Positions 1-13,124 of a DNA stretch of 64,000 nucleotides are shown here, piece by piece. Source of the stretch: Octopus sinensis (lineage: Eukaryota); assembly GCF_006345805.1 (NCBI RefSeq), contig NC_043018.1, positions 10,106,001 to 10,170,000 on the forward strand, read 5' to 3'. Each line of letters opens with the position of its first letter. Positions within the stretch are counted from its first letter, which is position 1. Position numbers and translations under genes: made by a program. The notes beneath the pieces are model-generated. The model searched no databases. It was not told where the DNA came from and was given only the letters and a program-made list of their open reading frames with translations.

Positions 1-186
1 TTATTTTGCTATCTTGCTGTCAGGAATTTTGGTAAGCTTTCCTTGTGTTTAGAACCAAAAAGAGAAGGAAAAGAATATATGCTATTTTTGTTGGTTTTTT
101 TTTTTGTCATGTCTTTATATGAAAATTTTTTTATCATGCTGTATTTTTCGAAATTTACATGAGGTTCTTTGAAATTTATTTTTCAG

Positions 187-365
187 TACCAATATGGGCT
201 ATCATACTAATTTGTGCGGGAGTTTTGCTTTTCTTGGTGTGTGCAGCTTATTGTTGCTGCAAACGTATTTGCCGCAGGAGAAAGAAGAAAGATGGCAAAA
301 AGGGGCTAAAAGGAGCAGTTGACCTCAGAAGTGTGCAGATTCTAGGCAATTCCATCAAAGAAAAG
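187..365 (+). CDS. Syt1: Syt1 transmembrane/juxtamembrane exon ((V)PIWAIILICAGVLLFLVCAAYCCCKRICRRRKKKDGKKGLKGAVDLRSVQILGNSIKEK)
   Basis: Acceptor tttcag ends at 186 (phase 1); donor AAG|gtgag at 366. Hydrophobic span, CCC palmitoylation cluster and polybasic stretch. Confidence 0.93.
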
Positions 366-779
366 GTGAGGGGCTTCGATTAGTTTATCTTCTTTCTCAA
401 TCTGTCAATCGGATTTGTTTGTTAATTAAATTAACTGTAATTAACAGATTATTCTTATCAGCTTTCCAATATATATATATATATATAAATCCTTAAATCC
501 TTAAAAATGTTTTAGCCCGAAGGCCGCGGCCATGCTGGGGCACCACTGTGATATATATACAAAAAATATATACATATATTAATATAGTTATATACACGAT
601 GATGTTGATATATACATAAACATATATCTATATCTGTCTATATACATACACACACACATATATATATATAGACATACATATTTATACAAAATAATTAATG
701 TGGCTAGATGCAATTCAAAACCCAAAAGAAAATAATTCACTCTCATTAAAAATGTATCCTATAATGTATGTATATATAC

Positions 780-829
<50 letters not shown>

Positions 830-862
830 CACACACATATACATATATACTCTTATATATAC

Positions 863-893
<31 letters not shown>

Positions 894-929
894 ATACACA
901 CACATATACATATATACTCTTATATATAC

Positions 930-987
<58 letters not shown>

Positions 988-989
<2 letters not shown>

Positions 990-1270
990 GATCAATGCTA
1001 GGGCTGCCTGACTGGCTCCCATGCTGGTACCACGTAAAAAGCACCATCCAAACGTGATCAATGCCAGGCCCACCTGACTGACTCCTGTGCTGGTGGTATG
1101 TAAAAAGCACTCATTAAACTCTCAGGGTGGTTGGCATTAGGAAGGGCATCCAGCTGTAGAAACATTGCCAGATCAGACTGGAGCATGGTGCAGCCGCTGG
1201 CTCTCCAGACCTCAAACTGTCCAACCCATGCCAGCATGGAAAACAGACGTTAAACGATGATGATGATGAC
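988..1270 (+). mobile_element. SINE-like family C ((GAT)n tail)
   Basis: ttggcattaggaagggcatccagctgtagaaa core and ...ccaacccatgc(t/c)agcatggaaa..gacgttaaacgatgatgat tail, shared with many copies in the window. Confidence 0.75.
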
Positions 1271-1595
1271 ATACACACACACACATATTGACCAGACTAT
1301 CAGATACTGTTACAATGTACCTCACATTGTTTTGAATGATGCCACCCAGCCAGCGAGGTGGGTAGGCCAATATTCCAGCTGATTGGAAGATTGTTTCATC
1401 ACTGAGTTACTCATTTACTTCTGAGAGGACTGGAGCAACATGAAATGAAGTGTTTTGCTCAAGAACACAACACGCAGCCTGGTGCATAAATCGAACTCAC
1501 TACCTCATGGTTTGTCTGCCCAATGCTCTAACCACTGAGCCATGTATCTTATATAATACACACAACACACACACACACACATATACTGGATGATA

Positions 1596-1635
<40 letters not shown>

Positions 1636-3046
1636 ATCAGCAACAATTTAGATTCAAATGAATATGGTACTTAATTTAGATGCACCAGAATTTTAGATGC
1701 ACCATAAAAATTTGTGGGGTGATTATTATCAAAAATAAGCAACAAGAATGATTCCGGTAATTTGCAAGCAGAGTTTTGGTCAGTTAGCATCTGAACTTCA
1801 CAACTTCACATGTTCCTAAAATTTATATCAACTTCTTTATCTGTATATTTACCTTCCCTAAAATGTTACTACTTGATTTGAAAGCTTTTATATTATTGGA
1901 AAACCTATATAAATTGGCTGAAGAATACTCAGCATCTTAAATCTGCTGTAATATTTACAGCTTTTAATAAAATGTTGTAGTGTGAAACAATTGTACCAAA
2001 TTACCGGAATCCTTCTTGTTGCTTATTTTTGATATATATATATATTGGATGATAATTTAAATTGTTTACACCTAATGGGTATATTGTTAATAGCATTTTA
2101 ATTAAGAAAATCTCGTTATTTTTTAATCTGCTGTTAAAAGCCAGATTGTGTTTGGATTCATCTTAGCATCAGCCATTTTTAATATCAAACTTTAACTTCA
2201 ATATTTTGCTAAATGTAACATCTTTTTACTGTCCATATTGTCATAAATATATTTCACCATCTTCATTAATATTTCAGTAGTTTCCACCATCGTTTATTTT
2301 AGTTTTTTTTGGGTTTTTTTTCAAAAAAAAAGTGATACTTATTTCTTTTTCTCTATTTCATCATATAATTTTATTTTTATTGCACACAGTGCTTGAATCG
2401 AGTTTCCTTATGCACATTACAACATTGCAATCATAGATATTATATGCACATTACTACATCGTAATTAGTCTGCACATTTTTAATGCATCCTCATTGCACT
2501 TTAAAAGTTATCTTAGTTTGCATTTAAAAAAAAAAAATATCTTCCATCTACAAACCACACTCAGCACATCCACTCTGCATGCATAATATATTTATGTATT
2601 TATGTGGATGTATGTATGCATATATATATATATATATATGTATATACTACATATGTATACATATGCACACACATGTTCATACATATATACATGTATATAT
2701 GTATATATATGTATTTAATGTGTATATATATATATATATAATTTATATATAGAGGGCATTATACATACATATGAGGTTTTTACGCTATCTACCTGACAAT
2801 TTCTTGTTAAGTTTTCCTTATTAAGTAGTTGTCCTTAATTGCTATATATATATATATAATATATATATTATATATATATATATATATACGTATATATATA
2901 TATATAAGGTATATATATATATAGTATATATATATATGCATATATATGCATTGTATATATATATATATGTATATATATATAATATATATATTATATATAT
3001 ATATATATATATTTACATATAAATATATATATATAATATATATATA

Positions 3047-3087
<41 letters not shown>

Positions 3088-3101
3088 GCATATATATATA
3101 A

Positions 3102-3138
<37 letters not shown>

Positions 3139-4117
3139 CACACACACACATGTTGCTATTAATCAAAATATATAAACTAAACTCTAACCATTCCTCATTT
3201 CCGTTTCTCAGTTCTCTTTCTCCTTCTTCTTCTTTTTCACACATCAATAACTTAGAAACTCCACACCATTCACTCTGCCGTTGCATGCTTTTTTTTCGGT
3301 CTTATCCACTCATGACACACACTTCAGAACGCACAGCATGTTTCAGTACACATCTTCACCTATTAAGGATCCCTAACTGCTAACAACACCCTGCATTACT
3401 GTCTAATCCACGGGACTATGAAGAGTGCTTCCTCTTGGTCATTTTGCCCTGCTAGAAAATGCAGCTAAAGTTACCCATAAAAGAAAGCCTACTGTCTTAA
3501 AAATGGAAGGATACATTGTGTATGTCTTATTTACACAATGTTTTAAAATAAAATTGGGTGGTCATATTTGGAAGCCCATGGCTCATAGGTTTGCTTCATC
3601 AGAGCCCATATGGTCCCTAAACAACAATTACAGCCACAATATTTACAAACCAACGAATAGTGCTTCTATGTAGTCGCTTGTCTAACAAGAAATAGCTACC
3701 AAATCTCCCTTTAAGTAACACCTCATTGTCGTCAAATAAGACAGGGTGGTCATAACTGGATCACCCTTGATTACAGGGTTGTTTTAACAGAGTTAAACAA
3801 CAAGAGCAACTGTAATGACCCTCTAACCAACACAACTATAAAACATGCCAAAATCAGCCATTTTATTAATTGCACGTCTTGCTCCTTATGAAGTTACAAC
3901 TGTGTATGGTCCCTCTAAGTTTCTTATGAAGTTACTACATCATAAAGAAGTTATAACTGGCCTCTCTGTGTCACAACTGTATATAAACCCCTATAGCTCA
4001 GGTCACAATTATATATAGTTCTCCTGATCCCTCTCACTTAGCTACATATATGCCTGTCTCATGTGGCAGTTATATATAGTCCCTTTAGTCTCTCTGAAGT
4101 CACAACAATATAAATAT

Positions 4118-4351
4118 ATATCTCTTTACTACCCACAAGGGGCTAAACACAGAGGGGACAAACAAGGACAGACAAACGGATTAAGTCGATTACATCGATC
4201 CCCAGAGCGTAACTGGTACTTAATTTATCGACCCCGAAAGGTTGAAAGGCAAAGTCGACCTCGGCGGAATTTGAACCCAGAACGTAACGGCAGACGAAAT
4301 ACGGCTACGCATTTCGCCCGGCGTGCTAACGTTTCTGCCAGCTCGCCGCCC
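4118..4351 (-). mobile_element. Young tRNA-derived SINE family B
   Basis: Reverse complement of ggcggcgagctggcagaaacgttagcacgcc...gggttcaaattccgccgaggtcgactttgcctttca...ccccttgtgggtagtaaag; CpGs intact. Confidence 0.85.
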
Positions 4352-6244
4352 TAACACAATATATATGTAATCCCTCTGACCCCTTTCATGTGACAACTAT
4401 ATATAGTCCCTTAAGTCCCTTTGAAATCACAACTATATATATAATCCCTGTAGCCCCTCTCAATTCACAACTATATTAGTCCCCAAACATTTCTCCAGGG
4501 TACCTCAGCCACAAACCAGTCAAACGTAAGGTTATGGCCATGGCTCTGTGATTATAAAGTTTGCTTTGTAGCAAACCAGATTTTAGTTGAATCTCACTGT
4601 GCAGAACATTAGTGAAATATGTTCTACCATAATTTCAGATCAACCTCAATATATGGAATCTGGTAGACAGAAACTGTGTAGAAGTCCATCAGAAACAGCA
4701 TTTGTCTTTTGGGTGGCACATCTAATCTGTTGTGAAGTTTGACCCCATCTTGTGTCCTTTAGCTGAGCTTACTACATTCTAATCATATGGGCCAGGTCCC
4801 TGATATCCACTCGTGGTGTCTGGCTCTGGTAAATTCATCCCTTCCTCCTTACCAGTCTTTGAACTCTTGAGAAAGATCTTACTCTGATTAAGACAGAAGA
4901 AAAACATTAAAAAATATTTTTTAAATGTGATTAAAAAAAAAACCCACTTTATTTATTTCCCTTGCAATCACTCTCTAATATTTCTAGACATACAAAAGCA
5001 AAAACAAATAATACTGAGTTCATGCTTCAAAAAAATTGATGTTTAATTTTTGGTTTACTTCACTGCATGTTACACTGCACTGCTCTTTAGAAAACACTGC
5101 ATGACAAAATATGCAGACTAGACCGGACTGAACTAGTCTAAATAAAAGTAGACTTGACTTGACTAAACTAGACTGAATCAGACTCGACGTGGTTACACTG
5201 GGCTAAATTAGTCCAAGTGGAGTAAAATATACAACACTTGACTAAACTAGATTATACTGGATGAAAAGAACTAGACTAGACCTGACTAAGCTTGATGAGA
5301 CTAGATTTAACTATATTAGACCAGACTAGACAAAACTGACTGTGTTTATACTGGACTAAACTAGACAAAACCAGCCTGGAACACAATATAGCAATTCTGT
5401 TAGTTTTGACCATCAAATCAGTTTTTTAGCCTCTGAAATGATTTTTTTGAGAAGAGAAAAATGTTGTTGTTCAATGGCTTATATTGTACCAAGACATACA
5501 TGAAGTAGAATTTTTCTGTATTCAGCTATTAATAAATGGAATAAAGTTCCATATGATTCTCTTGGGACTATCTTAGCAGTTGGAAATAACAAGGTTTAAA
5601 AAGGTCAAATGCACAAATGAAAACATCTCTTGTAGTTCTTCAAAATTGCAGTAAACCATTGGTTAATCTTCGAGATCAAATATCCAATAAGGCCATTGTT
5701 CATAATAATGGCATGGACTACAAAATAAACAAATAAATTAAATGATTAATTAATTAATTAATTAATTAACTAATTTCACTTAAATAGATGATTTGGGTTT
5801 TCATTTGTATTTTAAAGATTTGACAAAAAATGTCACACCATTTTTATTTCGTAAAATGGTCAGCACTCTCAGATGCTTCTTTGCGAAGATGGTTTGCTGG
5901 TGGGAATTCTTCTTCTTAGCTGAAGAAGATATCCACCTGATGACCAATATCCAGTGTGTGGATAATTAACAGGTTTCACACACACAGGGTCTGCAATCAG
6001 AACCAATGCTTGTCCAGATCCAGTTGGTTGACCAAGTATATGATTGGCATCAGGTCTGAACATTCTGAACATTCAAAGATAGCCTGACATGCATTCTTCT
6101 CAACATTTAGGGTGGATGTAAGGCTGCAAGCTGGCAGAATCATTGGCACCCTGAGGAAAATGCTTAGCAGCCTTTTGTTGGTCTTTACATTCTGAGTTCA
6201 AAATTCTGTTGGTGGTGACTTTGCCTTTCATCCTTTTGGGATTC

Positions 6245-6585
6245 ATCATCATCAGCATCATCGTTTAGCGTCCGTTTTCCATGCTAGCATGGGTTGGACC
6301 GTTCAACTGGGGTCTGGGAAGCCAGAAGGCTACACCAGGCTTCAATCTTGATCTGGCAGTGTTTCTACGGCTGGATGCCCTTCCTAACGCCAACCACTCC
6401 GTGATTGTAGTGGGTGCATTTTACATGCCACCAGCACAGGTGCTAGACGAGGCTGGCAAACGGCCATGATCGGATGGTGCTTTTTACGTGCCACCGGCAC
6501 GGGGGCCAGGCGAGGCTGGCAACGGCCATGATTGGATGGTGCTTTTTACGTGCCACCGGCACGAGGCCAGTCGGGGCGGCGCTGG
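6245..6585 (-). mobile_element. SINE-like family C with internal tandem subrepeats
   Basis: catcatcatc tail, then the shared core, then repeated ggatggtgctttttacgtgccaccggcac units. Confidence 0.75.
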
Positions 6586-7688
6586 TGAAATAAATACCAG
6601 TTGAGCACTGGGGTCATTGTGATTAACTTGTACCCCCCTAACCGCCACCGAATTTGCTGGCCTTGTGTCAAAATTTGAAACTAATATTTAGGGGAGAGTT
6701 AAAGTGGTGAGCTGGCAGAGCTGTTAGCATGGTGGGCAAAATGCTTAGCAGCATTTCGTCTGTCTTGATGTTCTGAGTTCAAATTCTGCCAAGGTTAACT
6801 TTACCTTTCATCCTTTCAGGATCGATAAAATAAGTACCAGTTGAGCGCTGGGGTCAATCTATTTGATTTACTCCTCCTCTGAAATTGCTGTCCTTTTGCC
6901 AAAATTTGTAACCAACATTTAGAGTAGACAGTAGTAAGCCTCCTGGTCAGTTTTGTCTCCAGTCCTTCGACTCAGGACTAATTATTAGGATTCCATGGTG
7001 TATAACTGACCAAGATCACAAGATTTCTTCTGAATGAGATGCCGTCTGTTGCAGAGGGTTACCTATTCAAAGCTGAGTAGACAGGGGCAATGTGAAATGA
7101 AGTGTTTTGCTCAAGAACACAACACCACTGCCTAGTCTGGGAATTGAAACCACGGTCTTGTGATCATAAGTGCAATGCCTTAACCACTAAGTTACATGTC
7201 TTCACATCGGAAAGACAGATACTAAGAAATAACAAAATAGATGACAAAAATGTTCTTCTCAGAAGTGTGATAAAATTACCATCGGGAAATTTGAACCTAT
7301 GACCTAAGGCTTTAAACAACCAGTAGTTTTTTATTATTTTTCTGCCCAGCGACTGTTTATAAGGTTACTACTATATGAAATTTTACAAAACATTTAAATG
7401 AAATCTTCTACAACAAGCAATGGCTGTTCAATATTTACTTAATTGCCTCAGGAGAGATCAAGTGGAAAACATACTCATACAACTAAACACACTTTCACTC
7501 ACAAACATGAATAACTTAACACACCTGTGGATAAAACACCTGCAATCATGTATATAAATACAGTACACACGCATACAGATTAATACATACATGCACTCAC
7601 ACATTCAGATAAAACACGTATATAAATACATACACACATACAGATTAATACACATAATCATATATATAAATATATACACATGCACACA

Positions 7689-7727
<39 letters not shown>

Positions 7728-7779
7728 GATGTACTTGCATAGCAAGTGATTTGATCTGAGATCGTGTGCTGAGACGAAA

Positions 7780-8103
7780 ACAATTGCAGCGTGGAAGGTG
7801 TTTGTAAGCCATTTAAGAAACACACAAAAGCCGTTCGATTCACTTCAACATTTAAGTTTAATTTGTCAAAATATTTTCGTCGCTTTAAGACTGCGACCTG
7901 TTCACGGATTTTTCACGGACAATTGCAGCGTGGAAGGTGTTTGTAAGCCATTAAGAAACACAAAAGCCGTTCGATTCACTTCAACATTTAAGTTTAATTT
8001 GTCAAAATATTTTCATCGCTTTAAGACCGCGACCTGTTCACGGATTTTTGTCAGTGAACAGGTCGCGGTCTTAAAGCGACGAAAATATTTTGACAAATTA
8101 AAC
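7780..8103. repeat. ~140-bp tandem duplication plus 50-bp inverted repeat
   Basis: aattgcagcgtggaagg...gacctgttcacgg occurs twice; 7992-8041 is the reverse complement of 8054-8103 with 1 mismatch. Confidence 0.9.
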
Positions 8104-8399
8104 ATATATATATATATACATGCATATATACAGATTAATACACACAATCATATATATAAATGCATACACATGTATATAGATTAATACACATGCACATACA
8201 CTCACATTCGGATAAAACACATGCATACAAATATATATAAATACACAGACACAGATACAAATATATACACATACACATACATATAAACTAAACACTCTCA
8301 CATGCATTTAAATGCATACACACTCACACATGTATATAGGTAGGTAATTACATATACACATGAAGTTATATACCAGTAGTACTTATAGGGTTTATGCTT

Positions 8400-8700
8400 T
8401 GGATCCTTCATTTTTGTGTCTGTCCAATATTAACCAAAGCCAACACACACACACACACACACAAGGATGTATTTGTGAAGTTATTGACCAGTGGTACCTA
8501 CAGTGTTTCCGCTTCGGATCCTTCTCCTTTCCTGTGTCTGTCCAATATCAACCAAAGCCAACACACACACACACAAGGATGTATTTGTGAAGTTATTGAC
8601 CAGTGGTACCTACAGTGTTTCCGCTTCGGATCCTTCTCCTTTCCTGTGTCTGTCCAATATCAACCAAAACCAACACGCACATTCATAGACATAAGGACAT
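8400..8700. repeat. ~113-bp tandem repeat, about 2.7 copies
   Basis: ggatcc at 8401, 8516 and 8628; unit includes tgtgtctgtccaatatcaaccaaagccaac(ac)n aaggatgtatttgtgaag. Confidence 0.85.
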
Positions 8701-8919
8701 ATCTGTGAAGTTGTCTATTGTGTGGTACCTTCACCGTTCCCAACATCTTGGGTCCTACTCCTCCGCTATGTCTGTTCGACACGTAAAACCCAGACTGCAT
8801 GTTTTGTCTGCATTGCATTGCATCTTGTTATTTCATCTAACACCAGTTTTTGTTCTTTTTCCATCTGGCTGACACATTACTTGTCCTTTGGAACTGCAAT
8901 TATTGTTGATTTTGCCAAG

Positions 8920-9045
8920 GTGCAGCCGGACTTAGAGGAGCTGCAAATGAATATGGAAGAGAATGAAGATGCTGAAAGTACAAAATCTGAAGTAAAATTA
9001 GGGAAACTCCAATATTCAATGGACTACGATTTTCAGAAAGGCGAG
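8920..9045 (+). CDS. Syt1: Syt1 linker/C2A-start exon (VQPDLEELQMNMEENEDAESTKSEVKLGKLQYSMDYDFQKGE); alternative start at 8926
   Basis: Acceptors ccaag|GTG (8920) and gtgcag|CCG (8926); donor GAG|gtaagc at 9046; 126 nt, phase 0/0; KLGKLQYSMDYDF is the canonical C2A first strand. Confidence 0.96.
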
Positions 9046-9415
9046 GTAAGCACAAACGATTTAATTTTACCAAAATATCTCATATTTCAGAAATGTTTTC
9101 CGGTTTTTTTTTCCAACAGACAATAGGTGTAGGAGTAGCTGTATGGTAAGTATTCTAATAACATGAGCTTATCCATAGAATAGAAATCTATGGAAACTCA
9201 CATGCCTGACAACTGGTGTTGGTTTGTTTACGTCCCTGTTACTTAGCGGTTCAGCAAAAAAAGACACTGACAGAATAAGCACCAAGCTTTAAAAAGAAAC
9301 AAACTGTGGGGGTCGATTCGTTCGACTAAAAATTCTTCATGGTGGTACTCCAGCATGGCCGCAATCAGATGGCTGAAACAGATAAAAAGATAAAAAGGAA
9401 AAAAAAATGGATTTA

Positions 9416-9820
9416 TAGGCGCAGGAGTGGCTGTGTGGTAAGTAGCTTGCTTACCAACCACATGGTTCCGGGTTCAGTCCCACTGTGTGGCACCTTGGGC
9501 AAGTGTCTTCTACTATAGCCTCGGGCCGACCAAAGCATTGTGAGTGGATTTGGTAGACAGAAACTGAAAGAAGCCCGTCATATATATGTATGTGTGTGTG
9601 TATGTGTTTGTGTGTCTGTGTTCGTCCCCCCAACATCACTTGACAAACGATGCTGGTGTGTTTACATCCCTATAACTTAGCGGTTCAGCAAAAAGAGACC
9701 AATAGAATAAGTACTAAGCTTACAAAGAATAAGTCCTTGGGTCGATTTGCTTGACTAAAGGCGGTGCTCCAGCATGGCCGCAGTCAAATGACTGAAACAA
9801 GTAAAAGAGTAAAGAGACAA
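9416..9820 (+). mobile_element. tRNA-derived SINE family A, full length
   Basis: A-box-like tggctgtgtggtaag, B-box-like ggttcagtccc, internal (TA/TG)n, tail gcggtgctccagcatggccgcagtcaaatgactgaaacaagtaaaagag. Confidence 0.85.
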
Positions 9821-12479
9821 AAGACATGAGCAGATCAAAAATGTGGTCAGATAATATTCATTGCCTTTGTTGGTCACACTTTTGAGTCTCGATCCAAAAT
9901 GTGATGATGGCTGCTTCTGTTAGGACCCTAGGGATGAGGTACTAGAGGAACCCATCCCTACGACCCTCCCAGGAGCAGTGAGCAGAGAAAATGGATAGAT
10001 GGATGGATGGCTTTCCTTTTGTTAGAGATAGTCTTTGTTTTGTGGTATAGTCTTCAAGTTTAAAGCTGCAAGCTAGCAGAATTGTTGGCTCGCCAGGCAT
10101 TTCACCTGTCTACAGGTTCTGAGTTCAAATTCTGCTGAAGTCGACCTTGCCTTTCATCTTTTGAGGTCAATAAAATAAGTACCAGTTGCATACTAGTGTT
10201 GATGTAATCAACTTACCCAGCTCCACCAAAATTGCTGGCCTTGTGCCAAAATTTGATATCAATATATTCTTCCAGTTTATCAAAATCTTTGTACCGGAGA
10301 GATGGTCTTGTAATAGATTCCAGTTCCCAAAATATTTTAAATTTGAGAGATGGTTTTCTAACTGACGTGAGGTCTAGGGATCGACCAAAGATGAGATGGT
10401 TGGATAATGTCCCCAGTTTCAGTGAGTCCCACTTGGGAACCCAGCTTGAAAGCCTAATGCTGCTTACTTCTGGTAGAACCCTATGGAGAAGGTACTGAAG
10501 GAACCAATCCTTCCCTCCTCAACACACGACCCTCTCATAAATAGTGAGTGGGAAAAATCGATGGATGGATGGTTTTCCTTTCATGAGAGATTCCACAGTT
10601 ACCAAAATATTTTATATTTGGGAGATGGTCTTATATTTGTGACAGATTCAAGTTTTGTCCTAAGGGAGTAAAACATCATCATTGTCATTTTAACATCTAC
10701 TTTTCCATGCTTGTATGGGTCAGACAGAATTCATTGTGTTAGATTATCAAGGGCTGGATGCTCTTCCTGTCACCAACCCTCACTTGGTTCCAGACATGCA
10801 ACTTGCATGACCAGCATCAGTCTCCTGGTTCCCCCTACCAAATTCTTGTTTTACTTTGTCGTGGGGTTTTTAGCCCACTAATATAATATAATGTTCGGTC
10901 GGATGAGTTGTTAGGGCAATAGACAACGTGCCAAACGAAATACCAAATGTGAATGTTCTGAGTTCAAACCTTGCTGAAGTCAACTCTACATTCACCCTTT
11001 TGGGGTTTGATAAAATAAAGTAGAAGACAAGTACTGCAATCGGTTTGAACAATTAATAACCCCTGATCCCAAACTTGTGCTTATTTTAGAAGGTATTCAA
11101 ATATACCCCTTGTTAAGGTACCGGAGATCTTGTTAACACTGGATTGTTTAACTGATCCCCTATCAAGTTGGGTAACCTTAAATAGGCAGTACTTTCTGAA
11201 GTACTTTCTACAGTTCCCAAAAGTGATATCTTTTGCAATTTCATAATGCTGGGGCAAATTCCAATTGTGTGAAAGTGTTTCTGAAGTCCTTGGGCCCATT
11301 TGCTTGACTAAAGGCGGTGCTCCAGCATGGCCACAGTCAAATGACTGAAACAAGTAAAAGAGTAAAGAGACAAAAGACATGAGCAGATCAAAAACGATGT
11401 GGTCAGATAATATTCATTGTCTTTGTTGGTCACACTTTTGAATCTCGATCCAAAATGTGATGATGGCTGCTTCTGTTAGGACCCTAAGGATGAGGTGCTA
11501 GAGGAACCCATCCCTACGACCCTCCCAGGAGTAGTGAGCAGAGAAAATGGATAGATGGATGGATGGCTTTCCTTTTGTCAGAGATTCCAGTTACCAAATG
11601 CTCCAACCACAGTTAGTGCCACTCCTGCTTTCACATTCCACATTCTTCCTGTATCTATTATTATTATTGAGTGAGAGAGCAGCACATGCCATCAAAGTGA
11701 CACTAGGGTACAAATAAATGAAGCCCAATATACCCGTCATGGCTACATATCTGATAAGGGCACACCAGGCACATGCATCACAACTGTATGTGAGCAACAT
11801 GGTGATCTCATATCAAGATAAACAGTGCATGACTTTGCAGGTGGGGCCCAGTTAGAATTTTCTTCAGATCGAGTAACCCATCCCGCTCAAAAGGTCCCTG
11901 AATAAGGGTTGTTTAAGGACGTTGAATGAAACACCCATGTTTCCAGAGGTGAATTATTCAAACCCCAAAGAATCCTTCTCAACACATGGCTATGATGCTC
12001 CCCCACTACTTCTGCTCGTGATCAGAGATGCACTTATCGTCAACCACTAAGGGACATGCTCAACTTGTTAAGGTCAAACAACTGACAAGCAAATCTGTGG
12101 TATTGAGCAGAATATTTGCTGTAGCCCATCTTTTATACCAAGACAAAACAATGTACATGATAACACTTCCAATACCAGTATTTGGTATTGCATTATTATT
12201 ATTATTTTATTTTTAAAGCTGTGTCCTGGCAAAATCGTTAGCATGGCAGGTGAAATGCTTAGCGGTATTTCGTCTGTCTTTACGCTCTGAGTTCAAATTC
12301 TGCCAAGGTTGACTTTTCCTTTCATCCTTTCATGGTCGTTAAATTAAGTACCAGTCAAGTACTGGGGTCGATGTAATCGACTTACCACTCCCCCCAAATT
12401 TCAGGCCTTGTGCCTATAGTAGAAAGAATTATTATTATTATCATTATTATTATTCAGTAGTCTTATTATTATCACATGC

Positions 12480-12862
12480 TCTCATTGAACTACTAAGCAC
12501 AGCTCTGTGTGCCTTGGGTATGCGCCGTGGTTTGTTTTGGCGCTCTTACTTTTACTGTATTGAAAGTGTTTTACGTAGGATATGCACGGTGCCTAGTAGT
12601 GCTATTTTCTGTATGTTATATATATTCGTAAGTCCTGGTGTTTTGGTTAGGTATTTGCCTGTATGTTTTTTAATCATACATAATGCACCATTATTATAGG
12701 GATTGTTTCAGTTTTAGGCTCCACATTCATGTTACTGCTATTTCCAGCTCTTTGTATTTTGAGGGTTTTCTGTTTCTGTTAGAGATACACTGTCATCTGT
12801 TGGGATTCATACATTGATTAGAAGACATTTTTTTTGTTGATGATCTCTAACTATACCTGGTC
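12480..12862 (-). mobile_element. Decayed 3' end of an RLE-type (R4/Dong-like) non-LTR retrotransposon
   Basis: Minus-strand translation with stops/frameshifts: RPGIV..DHQQKKCLLINV*IPTDDSVS...SKYKELEIAVT*MWSLKTETIPII.GAL.MIKK...IQKIALLGTVHILRKTL; flanked by (TTA)n. Confidence 0.7.
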
Positions 12863-13124
12863 TATTATTATTATTATTATTCTATGTTTGACTTTTGCTT
12901 TACATTTGAACAAGTTGGCTCCAAGTCTCACCCAGAGACCTCAAGAGACAACAGGTTGGAAGTTCATGTTGTTGTTATGCCTAGTGTGCCATATATTTGG
13001 TTTTGTATTTAGTGTTGTCCTAGTGAATGTCTAAAAGAATACCATACGAAAATTATGTTTGTTTTAAAACTTGAGATTACATAGAAAGTATTTTGCGTAG
13101 GATATTATTATTATTATTATTATT

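Noticed and set aside
159-383. Standalone 74-aa ORF
   Set aside because: Its core is the spliced Syt1 TM exon (187-365); the ends are intronic.
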